Source of the DNA: Bdellovibrionales bacterium
GTDB lineage: Bacteria > Bdellovibrionota > Bdellovibrionia > Bdellovibrionales > UBA1609
Assembly (NCBI GenBank): GCA_027317865.1
Contig: DAHVQG010000001.1
Coordinates: 295,925-359,924 of the forward strand
Direction: 5' to 3'
Length of the DNA: 64,000 bases
The notes under the pieces are model-generated. The model saw only the letters and a list, made by a program, of their open reading frames with translations. It did no database searches and was not told the origin of the DNA. Within the stretch, counting starts at the first letter, position 1; each line of letters starts with the position of its first letter. The position numbers were made by a program, and so were the translations under genes. This document shows positions 20,396-31,316 of this stretch, in pieces.

Positions 20396-21238
20396 TTAAC
20401 CGGCGCGGCGTACCGCTGGACGGGCGATAAGACGTCGCGAATTTGTATTTCGGTTTAGAATTTCAGAACAGTTGGTCTCAGCATCAGGGGATGAAGCCTC
20501 GCGAATCAAGTCTTCAATATCCATGGATAATTGAATCTCCCAAGCAGTAGCGCCGGTCTTCGATAAAAGCTGAGCTGCCGCGTAACGCGGTGTTGGGCCA
20601 GCTAGGCCAAGTTCTCGCCATCGAAAAATTTTGGTCACAGTCCAATCGACGATGCGTTCAAGAATTTCCAATTGTTTACGTGTTCGCGATATTTGTTCAC
20701 CCGCAGCTAAACGTGCTTGTAGGTGGGCCATTTCACTCGGCATAGTTTTGCGCAGTGCTTGCAAGCGATTCTTATATAAGACCTGATAAAGTTGTTTATA
20801 GAAAGTGTTTTGTTTGTATATTCCTTCGATGCGATTGGTTTCGTCGCGTGTATTAATAAAGTTGTTTCGTTCGGCTCCTTGCAACTTGCTACCGTCAATT
20901 CCGTCAAATCGCGCCAGGCGCGTCGCGAGATCTTCCGGTCCGTTGTAGCCATATTTTTGCAGTGATTCGATTTGCTGCAGTTTTGGCCAATCATGAAGTG
21001 CTGCATATTGTTCGACGAGTCTCAAATTTAAATCCGGGAATACTTTCATAACGCGAAACGATCGGTCTTGCGCAATTAAGTAAGCGATAGGCATGTACAG
21101 CTTAACCAATTCGATGTGCTCGATCGTATGAGAGCGAAATTCGTTCGCGGTGAGCGCTACAGCGTATCGGCCAGTGCCCGCGCTCAGTACAATTATAGAC
21201 GTTAAAACGAAAAGTTGACCCTTCAGTTTCAAAAACAT
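20396..21238 (-). CDS. Secreted hypothetical protein with HD-domain-like motifs
   Basis: Signal peptide (AVA); HTIEH...ALHDWPK...ERIVD. Confidence 0.55.
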   Translation of the reverse strand: MFLKLKGQLFVLTSIIVLSAGTGRYAVALTANEFRSHTIEHIELVKLYMPIAYLIAQDRSFRVMKVFPDLNLRLVEQYAALHDWPKLQQIESLQKYGYNGPEDLATRLARFDGIDGSKLQGAERNNFINTRDETNRIEGIYKQNTFYKQLYQVLYKNRLQALRKTMPSEMAHLQARLAAGEQISRTRKQLEILERIVDWTVTKIFRWRELGLAGPTPRYAAAQLLSKTGATAWEIQLSMDIEDLIREASSPDAETNCSEILNRNTNSRRLIARPAVRRAG

Positions 21239-21378
21239 AACAGTTGCATACTATCACGAGTCAGTTTTCGATAAGAAAAAATTAATCACCAGCCTCAAAA
21301 CTTAATGACACCGCGCTGAACCGACAAAATCCGGCGCGTGTAAAAAAGTTCGACAAAAAATTCAAGTAACAATATTAA

Positions 21379-23742
21379 TTAAAGTTTTGCCGAACGCAGG
21401 CGCAATGCATTTGATATGACCGAGACCGAGCTAAAACTCATCGCCGCCGCAGCGATGATGGGGCTTAGTAGAAGTCCAAAAAACGGGTAGAGCACACCTG
21501 CCGCAATCGGAATTCCAATTGAGTTGTAGACGAAAGCAAAAAATAAATTTTGCCGAATATTTGAAAGCGTGCGTTCACTTAAGCTTCGCGCTTTTAAAAT
21601 TCCTGAAAGGTCGCCTTTGACGAGTGTGACGTCCGCCGATTGAATGGCGACGTCCGTGCCGGTTCCCATTGCGATGCCTACCTGGGCTTGCGCCAAAGCT
21701 GGAGCATCGTTTACGCCGTCACCAGCGACAGCGACGATTCGACCTTGATTTTGCAAATCGCGTACAACGTCACGCTTTTGCTTTGGCAATACTCCGGCAA
21801 AAACGCGCGGAATGTTCAGCTTTTTCGCGACCACTTGAGCCGACACATTGTGGTCGCCTGTAACCATAATGATTTCGACGCCATGATCTTGCAAACTACG
21901 AATGACTGCAGTCGCGGAATCTTTAATAGGGTCGGTAATCGATAAAATACCAGCTAATTGTTTGTCGATGGCAAGATAAACTACAGTTGCGCCGCTTTCT
22001 CGCCATATATTGACGGCGCTTTCGGCAAGTGAAACGTCAATATTTTGTTTATTCATGTAGGTGACGTTGCCCACGTCTGTTTGATGAGTCGTGGTCGAGT
22101 TTGGGGCGTGTACAACAGCTGTTGCTCCCATGCCGGTTTCGGAGCGAAAATCGGTAACGGGCAAGATCACGGTGCCTGAGGTTTTTGCGGCTGCGACGAC
22201 CGCTGCGGCTAGAGGATGTTCGCTTGCTGCTTCTACGCTAGCTGCAAATTGCAAAGCCGTTCGTTCGTCAAACGATTGAAAAGTTTTAAGCGCTGAAAAT
22301 GTAGGCTTGCCCGTCGTTAACGTGCCAGTTTTATCGACAACAAGGGTATTAACTTTTCGAAGGTGTTCAATCGCTTCGGCGTTACGAAACAAAACGCCCA
22401 TGGTCGCACCTCGGCCCATTGCAACAGTAATAGAAACCGGTGTCGCAAGACCTAAAGCGCACGGGCACGCAATAATAAGGACGGCAACGGCGTTAACAAG
22501 CGCGTGCGCGAATCGCGGCTCCGGTCCCCACACGAACCAAACGACAGCCGTGACAATAGCGCACAGTACAACGGCAGGAACAAAATAACCGGCCACCGTA
22601 TCGGCGAGCTTTTGAATAGGTGCGCGCGATCTTTGCGCTTCAGAAACCATCTGTACGATTTGCGAAAGGAGGGTGTCGCGCCCGACGTGTTCGGCACGAA
22701 TCAAAAGTGAGCCGGTGCCATTGATTGTGCCGGCAATAACTTTGGCGCTTACAGCTTTTTCGATAGGAATCGATTCGCCCGTTACCATCGACTCGTCTAC
22801 TGATGAGGCTCCTTCAAGCACCACGCCATCAACGGGAATTTTTTCGCCAGGTCGAATGCGCAGGCGGTCACCGACAATAACGCTTTCGATAGGTACATCG
22901 TTTTCTGCGCCATTGAGCTCAATTCGCCGTGCTGTTTTGGGTGAAAGTCCCAAAAGTGATTTAATGGCGGAGGTTGTGCGGTTACGCGCCCGCAGCTCAA
23001 GCACTTGGCCGAGAAGCACAAGGGTGACGATCATCGATGCCGCTTCAAAATAGGTGGCCACACCACCCGTGCGCGGATCGTGAAATGACGGCGGGAATAA
23101 CCCGGGCAACAAAACCGCGACTAAACTGTATACATAAGCGACAAGTACGCCAAGGCCGATCAAAGTAAACATATTGAGGTTTCGGTGCTTGAGAGACGCC
23201 CAAAAGCGAACAAAGAACGGGAACCCCGCCCACACCACGACCGGCGTTGAAAGAACCAGCTCAATCCATTTTGAACTGCGAGCTAAGAACCCGTGCAAAT
23301 CGTGTGCGCTCATGGCCAAGAACATGGCCGGTACACTTAAAGCAACTCCAAACCAAAACCGTTTCGACATATCTTTAAGTTCCGAATCGTCTTCAGGTGC
23401 ATCCGTGATCAAAATGGGCTCAAGGGCCATGCCGCAAATCGGGCAGGCTCCTGGGCCTATCTGCTTTATCTCGGGATGCATGGGGCACGTGTATTCAGCA
23501 TTCGAAGCGTGAATTATTTGCGTTGAATGCGCGTGATCGGAGTGTGCGTGGTTTGGTTGCGAATGATGTGAGTGAGAATGATTTGTCGTTTTGTTTAAAT
23601 ACGACTCGGGATTCTGCTCGAATTTTGCTTTACATTTGGGATTACAAAAATAGTACGTTTGCCCATTGTAGTCTGTGTGACCGCCTTTTGCAGTTTGTGG
23701 ATTGACGGTCATACCGCAAACAGGATCTTTAACTGAGTCCAA
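21379..23742 (-). CDS. copA: Cu(I)/Ag(I) P1B-type ATPase with YHS, His-rich and CPMHP domains
   Basis: [52 protein letters not shown] start after GAGGAG. Confidence 0.95.
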   Translation of the reverse strand: MDSVKDPVCGMTVNPQTAKGGHTDYNGQTYYFCNPKCKAKFEQNPESYLNKTTNHSHSHHSQPNHAHSDHAHSTQIIHASNAEYTCPMHPEIKQIGPGACPICGMALEPILITDAPEDDSELKDMSKRFWFGVALSVPAMFLAMSAHDLHGFLARSSKWIELVLSTPVVVWAGFPFFVRFWASLKHRNLNMFTLIGLGVLVAYVYSLVAVLLPGLFPPSFHDPRTGGVATYFEAASMIVTLVLLGQVLELRARNRTTSAIKSLLGLSPKTARRIELNGAENDVPIESVIVGDRLRIRPGEKIPVDGVVLEGASSVDESMVTGESIPIEKAVSAKVIAGTINGTGSLLIRAEHVGRDTLLSQIVQMVSEAQRSRAPIQKLADTVAGYFVPAVVLCAIVTAVVWFVWGPEPRFAHALVNAVAVLIIACPCALGLATPVSITVAMGRGATMGVLFRNAEAIEHLRKVNTLVVDKTGTLTTGKPTFSALKTFQSFDERTALQFAASVEAASEHPLAAAVVAAAKTSGTVILPVTDFRSETGMGATAVVHAPNSTTTHQTDVGNVTYMNKQNIDVSLAESAVNIWRESGATVVYLAIDKQLAGILSITDPIKDSATAVIRSLQDHGVEIIMVTGDHNVSAQVVAKKLNIPRVFAGVLPKQKRDVVRDLQNQGRIVAVAGDGVNDAPALAQAQVGIAMGTGTDVAIQSADVTLVKGDLSGILKARSLSERTLSNIRQNLFFAFVYNSIGIPIAAGVLYPFFGLLLSPIIAAAAMSFSSVSVISNALRLRSAKL

Positions 23743-23944
23743 GATGTGCTCCTCGCAAACAAGTACGTCTAACACGAAACATTGCTGTTGTACCGACGTG
23801 CAGGGTAAAGAAAAAAATTCACCCACGACGACGCTTTTTGTTTATCTCTCATATTCAGGGGTCGAAGTGGCCCTTAACGGGTCGGAATTGTCTCTTTAAC
23901 CGTAAGATTGCCTATTACGCAACTGTAATTTAAAGCTGATCTGC

Positions 23945-23960
23945 TGGCATAGATACTGCT
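23945..23960 (+). promoter_or_regulatory. Candidate sigma-54 promoter
   Basis: TGGCATAGATACTGCT = GG-N10-GC, upstream of ATG 24007. Confidence 0.55.
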
Positions 23961-24006
23961 AACCCTCCCATTAAGTGCTTTAAGAAACTTACGGCGGAGG
24001 TGTGCG

Positions 24007-25242
24007 ATGTGGTCTTGTGTCCCCAGTCGGGTGGTCATGGTAGACGATGACGCAGATGACTTTCATCTTGTGCGCAACCATTTGCGCGAATTGTACGGAT
24101 CGTCCTGTGCCGTGGAATGGGTCAATAATTTCGCTGTGGCAAAAAATGAGATTCTCAAACAAGACGCAGATGTTTATCTAATTGATTATTTACTCGACGG
24201 CAAAACGGGAGCTGAATTGCTCCAAGAGCTTCAATCGTATAAATTGGCGCGCCCGATGATTTTTTTAACCGCTATTGAGGACCGAAAAATTGAAGGCGAA
24301 ATTATGGCGAGCGGTGCGGCTGATTTCGTATCGAAAAGTTCACTGAACTCAGATTGCATTAAGTGTTTGGACCGGTCGATCCGTTATAATATCAAACGCG
24401 TGAGAGATCTGGAGAAAATCAAAGAAGCCGAAAAAATGCGAGCCGAAGCGCGAGCTACGCAAGACACAGCGGCGCTCAAAACTCGGGTTTTAGCAAAGAT
24501 AAATCATGAGTTGCGAACTCCGCTTACGGCCATACTCGGGTACATTAGTATCGGGCTTGAAGACGCACAAACTCTTGAAGAAAAAAATCGATGTTTACAA
24601 GTGGTCGAGCGCAACAGCCAGCATTTGCTTGAGATTATTAACGATTTTCTTGATCTATCGAAAATCGAAGCTGGCTGCGGACAATTTACTAAAGCGAAAT
24701 TTGATCTGACGTCGGCTATTGAGCAGGTCACGGAACTTATGCGCCCGGGCGTCGAAGCAAAAGGTTTGAAATTTAACCTTGAAGGTTTCTGCATGCCGAT
24801 CGAAATCGAGAGCGACCGTCAACACCTGCGCCAAATATTGCTCAACCTGATCAGTAACGCGACCAAATTTACGAAGTCGGGTTCAATTTCGGTAAAGTGT
24901 AAGCGGCACGAAGCATCTGTTGAAATCGCAGTCAGTGACACAGGTATCGGAATCTCAATCGAAGAACAAGAAAAGCTATTTCGCCCTTATTATCAGTTGC
25001 TCGCACGAAATTCGAGTCAGAGTCACGGCACGGGGCTTGGGCTTGAACTTTCACGGCAAATGGCAAGCGCTCTAGGAGGTCGCCTTGATCTCGCAAATAG
25101 CGCACCGGGCGTGGGCAGTACGTTTGTTCTCACCTTGCCGCTCGCGGCTGGAATGTCGCTCGCGCAAGATTCGAAATTAAAAACTTGCGGGCCATGTTTC
25201 GGGGAGCAATCCCTTTTCGAGGGCACTGGGCAGTGCTCTTAG
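24007..25242 (+). CDS. Hybrid receiver-histidine kinase
   Basis: VDDD, LIDYLL receiver; HELRTPL, NATKF, DTGIGI, GTGLGL. Confidence 0.9.
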   Translation: MWSCVPSRVVMVDDDADDFHLVRNHLRELYGSSCAVEWVNNFAVAKNEILKQDADVYLIDYLLDGKTGAELLQELQSYKLARPMIFLTAIEDRKIEGEIMASGAADFVSKSSLNSDCIKCLDRSIRYNIKRVRDLEKIKEAEKMRAEARATQDTAALKTRVLAKINHELRTPLTAILGYISIGLEDAQTLEEKNRCLQVVERNSQHLLEIINDFLDLSKIEAGCGQFTKAKFDLTSAIEQVTELMRPGVEAKGLKFNLEGFCMPIEIESDRQHLRQILLNLISNATKFTKSGSISVKCKRHEASVEIAVSDTGIGISIEEQEKLFRPYYQLLARNSSQSHGTGLGLELSRQMASALGGRLDLANSAPGVGSTFVLTLPLAAGMSLAQDSKLKTCGPCFGEQSLFEGTGQCS

Positions 25243-27780
25243 GGCGGTCGTTTTATCAATGAAAATGAACCGATCATATCGCTCCGACCATTTTGTCGGT
25301 ACGTATTGGCCTCGGCGCGATTCGTGCGCGCCTTGATAGACCACTCCCACTGCGCGGTGGCCATGAGGCAACGCCAGTACCGGGGTCGCATGTTGTTCGC
25401 TTGGCAAGGGGGCGTGCGAAGAATCGGCTTTTCTGGCGGCAAAATCAAATGAGACAAAAAATGTTGAAGAATGAATGTCTTGCGCAACTTGATGTAAATA
25501 AGCTTCAAGTGTGCCGACCGGCGCCGGCGGTAGTTTCATAATTTCCGGTTTGGCGCCCCAGGCACGACCGGCCAGGACGTTCCCCTCGTATGTTCCAAAG
25601 CCGACAAGACAAACGTTTTCTACGCCCCATTTTTCGCGAGCCAAACCGCCGAGGTTCACATAACCGGCTTGAGCCATGTCAGTTGCGTGATAGTCGCCAA
25701 TATGGGTATTGTGCGCCCAGACGATTCCTTTAGCGCCGGGGCCATGCATACGCATGAGCGAGTCAAGTGTCTCGAGCATGTGCTCGTCGCGGATGTTCCA
25801 AGACTGAGTGTCGCCTTCGATCATGGCCCGATAGTAGCGATCCGCATTGTTCATAATTTTGGCGTTTTGGCGTAAATTAAAGAGTTCACTTTGCCGAAGT
25901 TTAGTTTGCTCGATACGCAGCCGCAAAATTGCCCGCAGACTTTTAGTTACCTCGGCCGTGCACCCGGTCGGAAGTTTCATTAGTGATCGAGCGTACGCAA
26001 TTTCATCGCGATGAAAGGACTCGAAACACGAAAACGCTTCAGTGACCCGCTCGCGTGTTTCAGTTGAAATTTTGTCCGCATATTTTTTTAAAAGATCCAT
26101 CGATTCAAAAAGCGAATAGACGTCAAGACCGTAAAAGCCGGTGTTGCGGCCTTTGAGCCACTCAATAAATTCCGCCGTTTGTGTATTCGCCCACATCCAG
26201 CTTGGCCAGCGCTTGAAGTGGCTCATGATTTCAGCGGCCGAGCCGCCGTGACCGGCTTGAACATATTGATTCAGTTGATCGCAATCCGGCCAATCGCCCT
26301 CAACTGCGACAAATTTAAAACCGTAGTGCGCTATCAGTTCGCGCGATATTTTTTGCCGCATTTCATAGAATTCTTCGGTCCCGTGCGTCGCCTCGCCGAG
26401 CATCACGATCGGATATTTTGCAATTTCACCCGCAAAGTCGTGAATTGATTCTTCGCTCAACATGGGATTTGCCAATTTTTTTGTCACATTGACCAATTCG
26501 TTGTGCGGTTGAACATCAATATGCTGCGAATCTTCGCGGAGAGTCTGATGAAACCAATCGGTTGCAAGTTCGATGACTTCATCCAGTGTGCCCGGTTCTT
26601 CGAACAGATGACCAGCCCCCGGTATAATTGAAATTCGAGCATTAGAAAGCGACTGCTTCGCCTTTTCGTTGAGCGTGATCACTTCATGATCATCGCCGCC
26701 TACAATCAATAACACGGGAATTTTGATTGCCGGTAAATCTTTTGCCGCCATATCGGGCCGACCGCCGCGACTTACAACTGAGCGAATGCCTGGCGTATTT
26801 GCGGCAGCAGTCAGCGCTGCGGCGGCTCCGGTGCTTGCGCCAAAATAGCCAACGGGCAGATTTTTAAGTTCGCCGATTGACCTCACCCAATGTGTTGCGT
26901 GTTGGAGTCGTTCAGCGAGAAGATCGATGTTGAAAACATTGGGACGGTATTGCGCCTCACGATCGGTTAATAGGTCAAAAAGGAGCGTTGCAAATCCCCG
27001 GTCATTGAGCGCCTTCGAGACTTTTTGATTACGCGGGCTTTTGTGACTGCTCCCGCTGCCGTGAGCAAAAATCACGACGCCTGTTGCTTTCTCTGGAATA
27101 GCCAGTGATCCGGGCAGCTCGGTCCCTTCAAGGTTTACCACGACATCGCGAATGCTCGCGTGACCGTTTTTGCCTTTCAAAAGATTTTCGACCTGCTCGT
27201 CGCTGACTTGTTCAAAATTTTCGTACCACTGGCCGACTGAAAAAAATGGAGTGGGCTCAGCTAAGATAAACAATTCGTCAGCGATTTGACGAATTTCTTT
27301 GATAATTGTAGTGGCGGCGACTGGTACGGCAACAACGACACGTTTTGCGCCCCGCTTTTTTACGAGCTGAATGGCGGCTTTCATTGTCGCGCCTGTGGCC
27401 AGGCCGTCGTCGACAATAATCGCGGTTCGATCTCGAATGGGCAACGCGGGTTGAAGGCGTCGCCATTGTTCCGTCTTAGCGGCGAGCTCCTTTTTGGCGC
27501 GAACAGCCAGCGGTTCGCGTTTGACGTGTGGCATTTCTTCAAGCCAAATAACTTCGCCGTCTTCTGAAACCGCACCGATGGCGAGCTCCTCTTGACCCGG
27601 AAAACCAATTTTTTTTACAAACAAAAGATCAAGAGGAGCTTTGAGTTCTTGAGAGACTTCCCATGCGACGGGCACGCCTCCTTTTGGTAGGGCGAGAATA
27701 CAAGCATCGGCCCAATCGTGTGCATCTTTTAATTTGCGAGCTAAAAGCTTTCCGGCTTCGTGCCGATCTTTGAAGATCAT
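25177..27780 (-). CDS. Phosphoribosyltransferase / dienelactone hydrolase-like / erythromycin esterase family fusion
   Basis: FKDRHEAG, VDDGLATG (PRT); HGSGSS, GASTG, SRGGRPD, HLFEEPG (alpha/beta hydrolase); GEATHGT, EGDWPD, WAHNTH (EreB-like). Confidence 0.9.
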   Translation of the reverse strand: MIFKDRHEAGKLLARKLKDAHDWADACILALPKGGVPVAWEVSQELKAPLDLLFVKKIGFPGQEELAIGAVSEDGEVIWLEEMPHVKREPLAVRAKKELAAKTEQWRRLQPALPIRDRTAIIVDDGLATGATMKAAIQLVKKRGAKRVVVAVPVAATTIIKEIRQIADELFILAEPTPFFSVGQWYENFEQVSDEQVENLLKGKNGHASIRDVVVNLEGTELPGSLAIPEKATGVVIFAHGSGSSHKSPRNQKVSKALNDRGFATLLFDLLTDREAQYRPNVFNIDLLAERLQHATHWVRSIGELKNLPVGYFGASTGAAAALTAAANTPGIRSVVSRGGRPDMAAKDLPAIKIPVLLIVGGDDHEVITLNEKAKQSLSNARISIIPGAGHLFEEPGTLDEVIELATDWFHQTLREDSQHIDVQPHNELVNVTKKLANPMLSEESIHDFAGEIAKYPIVMLGEATHGTEEFYEMRQKISRELIAHYGFKFVAVEGDWPDCDQLNQYVQAGHGGSAAEIMSHFKRWPSWMWANTQTAEFIEWLKGRNTGFYGLDVYSLFESMDLLKKYADKISTETRERVTEAFSCFESFHRDEIAYARSLMKLPTGCTAEVTKSLRAILRLRIEQTKLRQSELFNLRQNAKIMNNADRYYRAMIEGDTQSWNIRDEHMLETLDSLMRMHGPGAKGIVWAHNTHIGDYHATDMAQAGYVNLGGLAREKWGVENVCLVGFGTYEGNVLAGRAWGAKPEIMKLPPAPVGTLEAYLHQVAQDIHSSTFFVSFDFAARKADSSHAPLPSEQHATPVLALPHGHRAVGVVYQGAHESRRGQYVPTKWSERYDRFIFIDKTTALRALPSALEKGLLPETWPASF

Positions 27781-28006
27781 CGCGTTGTCGCTCCTCAGGC
27801 AATACCGGATTATCTTCTAAGCTTCCCACTATGCGGTTTAAGGTGTCGTCAAATAAACATTATAAATGATTGGTGGGATATTTTGTCATCGAGACGTGGT
27901 GAACTTCCCTAATGAATGTTGCCGTTAGGCACGGTGATCGTTGCGCATTGGCCGCGCCCGATTGGAATGAAAATTGAATAATTGTATGATTATGAGCGAT
28001 TCGGTT

Positions 28007-29344
28007 ATGCGCTTCGCTAAGACGGTAATCACTTTTATTTGCGCTGGGCTCGTTGCGATCCCGGCGTGGTCGCTTTCGCCGCAATCGACACCCTCGACGG
28101 TACAACAAAAGCTGCCGACAGTTCAACAAAGTGCTGCTGAGTTGAAACGAGAATTGGATCAAACACTCAAACAATACGGGACACAGACACTTTCGACATT
28201 TTTGCGACAGCAAGCGGAGGCTGGACTTAATTTAGGGCCGCTGCGCCAATATTTTTTTAAAAAAAATCACGGCAGCGTTGAAGTGATCGACGTTCGAATC
28301 CCTGTAAATGCGCAACGAATGATTACGTTTGCAAATCAGCAATTGTCACTTTCTGGGATCGATTTTATTCAGTTTAACGGTATTGTGGATCCCTCACTCC
28401 CGCCGTTGACTCAACCATTGCCCGATCAGGCTGCGGCTTATAAGGAATGGGTGCATGCGCGTGCGACCATATTTCCGTTGATGGGTTTTGCCGTTACGCT
28501 TTTCGAAGCGGGACTCGGCCGACTACAGGATTCAACTGGTGAATTAGCCGCAAGTCTCGCGCGTGCGTTCACAGTTTTAGGACTTGAGGTTCAATTTTCT
28601 GCTTTCAGTGCGCAGTGGAATAAATTGTGGGTTCAAGACCAAAGTCTCATTCCGTGGCGTTTTAATGAACAAACGCGCGATTTTGCCGGAACGGCGCATT
28701 TGCTCAATCGCTTTCTTGATTCCATTCGCGGCGTCACACTCGCCCACGTTTGGAATTATTTAGTAAACTGGGGCTATACGCTTTTACTATACGGCGTTGG
28801 TGTGGTTGCGCTTCGTCGGTTTGGCGTCGCGCCGCCGGGGATCGCGCAAATGATTCGCAGCAGTTGGGTGACCAATACGGGTGGATATTTGGCCTTTGGG
28901 CTAACGCAAGTTATGCTTGGCAAATCATTTGCTCGCGGTGAGATATCTGAACTTCTTCGCTATCAGCTCGAAACTTTGGCGGTTGGTTGGGGCGGATTTT
29001 GGCGTGCCGTCGCGACTGTCCCCGGATTAAGCTCCGTCGGCAATACTATGCTCTATTCATTTGGTTTACTGGTGACCGCACCGCTTTTTGTAAAAACGTA
29101 CAATGCGTCCGCCTATGCGCGAAAGACGGGCAAATTATTTGAGGCCAATAGTGAGGCGGCTCGCCACGCAATTGAACAGCAAAATCGCACCAGCGATTTT
29201 TACGCCGTAACGCCTTATTCTAAAGAAATCACTTCTGGTTCGCTTCTCAAGCAAACGTATCACAATCTAATTCGATTTTTTTGCTGGAGAAAGCGCCGGT
29301 GTCATTTGAAGCAAATATTGTTTAACATCAATACTTCGCTGTAG
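28007..29344 (+). CDS. Hypothetical exported/membrane protein
   Basis: Long ORF with signal peptide and several hydrophobic segments; the 3' end overlaps ptsI convergently. Confidence 0.6.
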   Translation: MRFAKTVITFICAGLVAIPAWSLSPQSTPSTVQQKLPTVQQSAAELKRELDQTLKQYGTQTLSTFLRQQAEAGLNLGPLRQYFFKKNHGSVEVIDVRIPVNAQRMITFANQQLSLSGIDFIQFNGIVDPSLPPLTQPLPDQAAAYKEWVHARATIFPLMGFAVTLFEAGLGRLQDSTGELAASLARAFTVLGLEVQFSAFSAQWNKLWVQDQSLIPWRFNEQTRDFAGTAHLLNRFLDSIRGVTLAHVWNYLVNWGYTLLLYGVGVVALRRFGVAPPGIAQMIRSSWVTNTGGYLAFGLTQVMLGKSFARGEISELLRYQLETLAVGWGGFWRAVATVPGLSSVGNTMLYSFGLLVTAPLFVKTYNASAYARKTGKLFEANSEAARHAIEQQNRTSDFYAVTPYSKEITSGSLLKQTYHNLIRFFCWRKRRCHLKQILFNINTSL

Positions 29345-31075
29345 CCCCAAAATCAAATCGAGCTTCGGTTTAATTTCGCTAATTCGCAGTTGAGAAATAA
29401 TGGCTCGCACGCGAAGCACCGACGTGGGGTTAACGCTCCATTCGTCGAGACCGCAGGCCAGAAGAAACGCAACAAACTCGGGTCGTGCGGCAAGGTCGCC
29501 GCACATGGCAACTGGTATTCGTTTTTTGTGCCCCGACTTAATTATCGAATGAATTGTGCGCAGCACGGCCGGATGGTATACGTCGTATACGCTTGCCACT
29601 TCGTTATTTTGTCGATCCGCTGCAAGCAGGTATTGTACCAAATCGTTAGTTCCAATACTCAAAAATTGCACGTGGTCGGCGAGCTCTTCAGCGCATATCG
29701 CAGCTGATGGCACTTCAACCATGGCACCGATCTTAAAACGGCTAGTTTGATGTTCATGGTCACACTCCGCCAGAATGTGTTTAGCCGATAAAATCTCTTC
29801 AACTGAGGCCACCATCGGGAACATGATGCTCAGGTTGCCAGCATGACTGGCACGAAGCAGTGCGCGAAGCTGGGTTTTAAATAAATCGATATTTTTTAAA
29901 CTGTATCGAATGCCACGCAAGCCGAGAAACGGATTGAGTTCAGGGGAACGTTCAAGATACGGGACAATTTTATCTCCCCCAACATCGAGCGTGCGTATAA
30001 CAGTTGGGCGTGGCCCCATTTTTTTCAAAATGCGCGAATAGATGTTGAATTGTTCGTCTTCAGTAGGCGCGCGGGTACGATTCAAGAATAAAAACTCCGT
30101 TCGAAAGAGCCCCACGCCTTCGGCATCATTTTGAAGCGCGATATCAATGTCTTGTTCGCCTCCGATGTTCGCGTAAATTGCGGCAGTGAACGCGTCCGCC
30201 GTGCGGCTGGGGCACCCGATATATTTTTTAAGAGATGCAAAATCTTGCATTTGTATCTCGCGCTTATGTTCCAGTTCGCGCCGGACGGCGGAGTTTGGAT
30301 TCAAATAAACGGTGCCGGTTGTTGGCGAACTGCTCGTTTCGATATTGTCCGAGCGCGCATCTAGCCCCAACCACTGCCGGTCTTGAACCCGCGAAGTTGC
30401 GTCGTTAACTCCGATAATGGCCGGAATCGAAAGGCTGCGGGCCAAAATGGCGAAGTGTGATTCACGGCTGCCATGCTCGGAAATCATTCCGGCTAATTTC
30501 GCGACTGGCACTTGCGCGATATCGGAGGGACTTAAATCATCGCCCACAAGAATTATTTTCTCAATTGGCGGACCTTCCACAACTGACTCGGTCTGCAGCG
30601 GCGCGCGAACTTCTAGGTCATATAAAAAACTCAAGACGCGCGCGCTTAACCCGCGAATGTCTGCGGCGCGTGCACGGGGATAATCGGATGGCAGCCGTTC
30701 GATTGCTTTTGCGAAATCTTCAAAAGCGCCGGTGATTGCAACCGAAGCTGTTTCGTTTTTGTCACGAATTCGGTTTTCAATTCGAGTTAAAAGTTCAGGA
30801 TCATCCAGCATCAAGGTCTGCGCCTCAAAAATAGCCAGTTCGTCTTTGTTGAGCCGCTTTGTTAGTTCTAAAATTTCGGCTGCCACAGCCTTTTTTGCAT
30901 TAGCTATTGCGGAGTGAACGTTTGCGATTTCTTTTTCTGCCGCTAACACTGCCGAGTCATGACGGGTTTTGTCAGGCCCAGGCGGCGGCTTTAAAATCAC
31001 GGCTTGGCCGACGGCCACTCCAGAGGCGACGGCTGTGCCCGTCAGTCGAACCTTATCAATATTATTACTCGCCAT
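29267..31075 (-). CDS. ptsI: PTS enzyme I (phosphoenolpyruvate-protein phosphotransferase)
   Basis: GSRESHFAILARS, GVGLFRTEFLF, RTLDVGGDK, NPFLGLRG, SIGTNDL, MCG. Confidence 0.95.
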   Translation of the reverse strand: MASNNIDKVRLTGTAVASGVAVGQAVILKPPPGPDKTRHDSAVLAAEKEIANVHSAIANAKKAVAAEILELTKRLNKDELAIFEAQTLMLDDPELLTRIENRIRDKNETASVAITGAFEDFAKAIERLPSDYPRARAADIRGLSARVLSFLYDLEVRAPLQTESVVEGPPIEKIILVGDDLSPSDIAQVPVAKLAGMISEHGSRESHFAILARSLSIPAIIGVNDATSRVQDRQWLGLDARSDNIETSSSPTTGTVYLNPNSAVRRELEHKREIQMQDFASLKKYIGCPSRTADAFTAAIYANIGGEQDIDIALQNDAEGVGLFRTEFLFLNRTRAPTEDEQFNIYSRILKKMGPRPTVIRTLDVGGDKIVPYLERSPELNPFLGLRGIRYSLKNIDLFKTQLRALLRASHAGNLSIMFPMVASVEEILSAKHILAECDHEHQTSRFKIGAMVEVPSAAICAEELADHVQFLSIGTNDLVQYLLAADRQNNEVASVYDVYHPAVLRTIHSIIKSGHKKRIPVAMCGDLAARPEFVAFLLACGLDEWSVNPTSVLRVRAIISQLRISEIKPKLDLILGLQRSIDVKQYLLQMTPALSPAKKSN

Positions 31076-31316
31076 TGAGAATTTTCTCCAGTTGGTCGAA
31101 TGCGGTTTTGTCGTCCGGTCCACTGACGATGAGCTTTATTAAGTCGTTTTTATTTAATCCCAGACTTAAAATGCTTAGAATCGATTTCCCGTTTACTCGT
31201 TTACCGTGAGATTCAATGTCAACATTCGATTTGAATTTCGCAGCAGTTTGTACAAACAGTGCGGCCGGGCGTGCATGAAGACCATGGTCGTTTTTGATGA
31301 TTAACTCTTTTTCCAT
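31065..31316 (-). CDS. ptsH: Phosphocarrier protein HPr
   Basis: GLHARPAALFV, NGKSIL. Confidence 0.95.
   Translation of the reverse strand: MEKELIIKNDHGLHARPAALFVQTAAKFKSNVDIESHGKRVNGKSILSILSLGLNKNDLIKLIVSGPDDKTAFDQLEKILNGE

Noticed and set aside
25177-26500. Macrolide resistance gene
   Set aside because: The erythromycin-esterase-family domain in PRT fusions is widespread and is not evidence of resistance.
25177-29344. Convergent 3' overlaps (25177-25242 and 29267-29344) as functional dual coding
   Set aside because: The overlapping tails lie beyond conserved domains and are most simply stop-codon drift.
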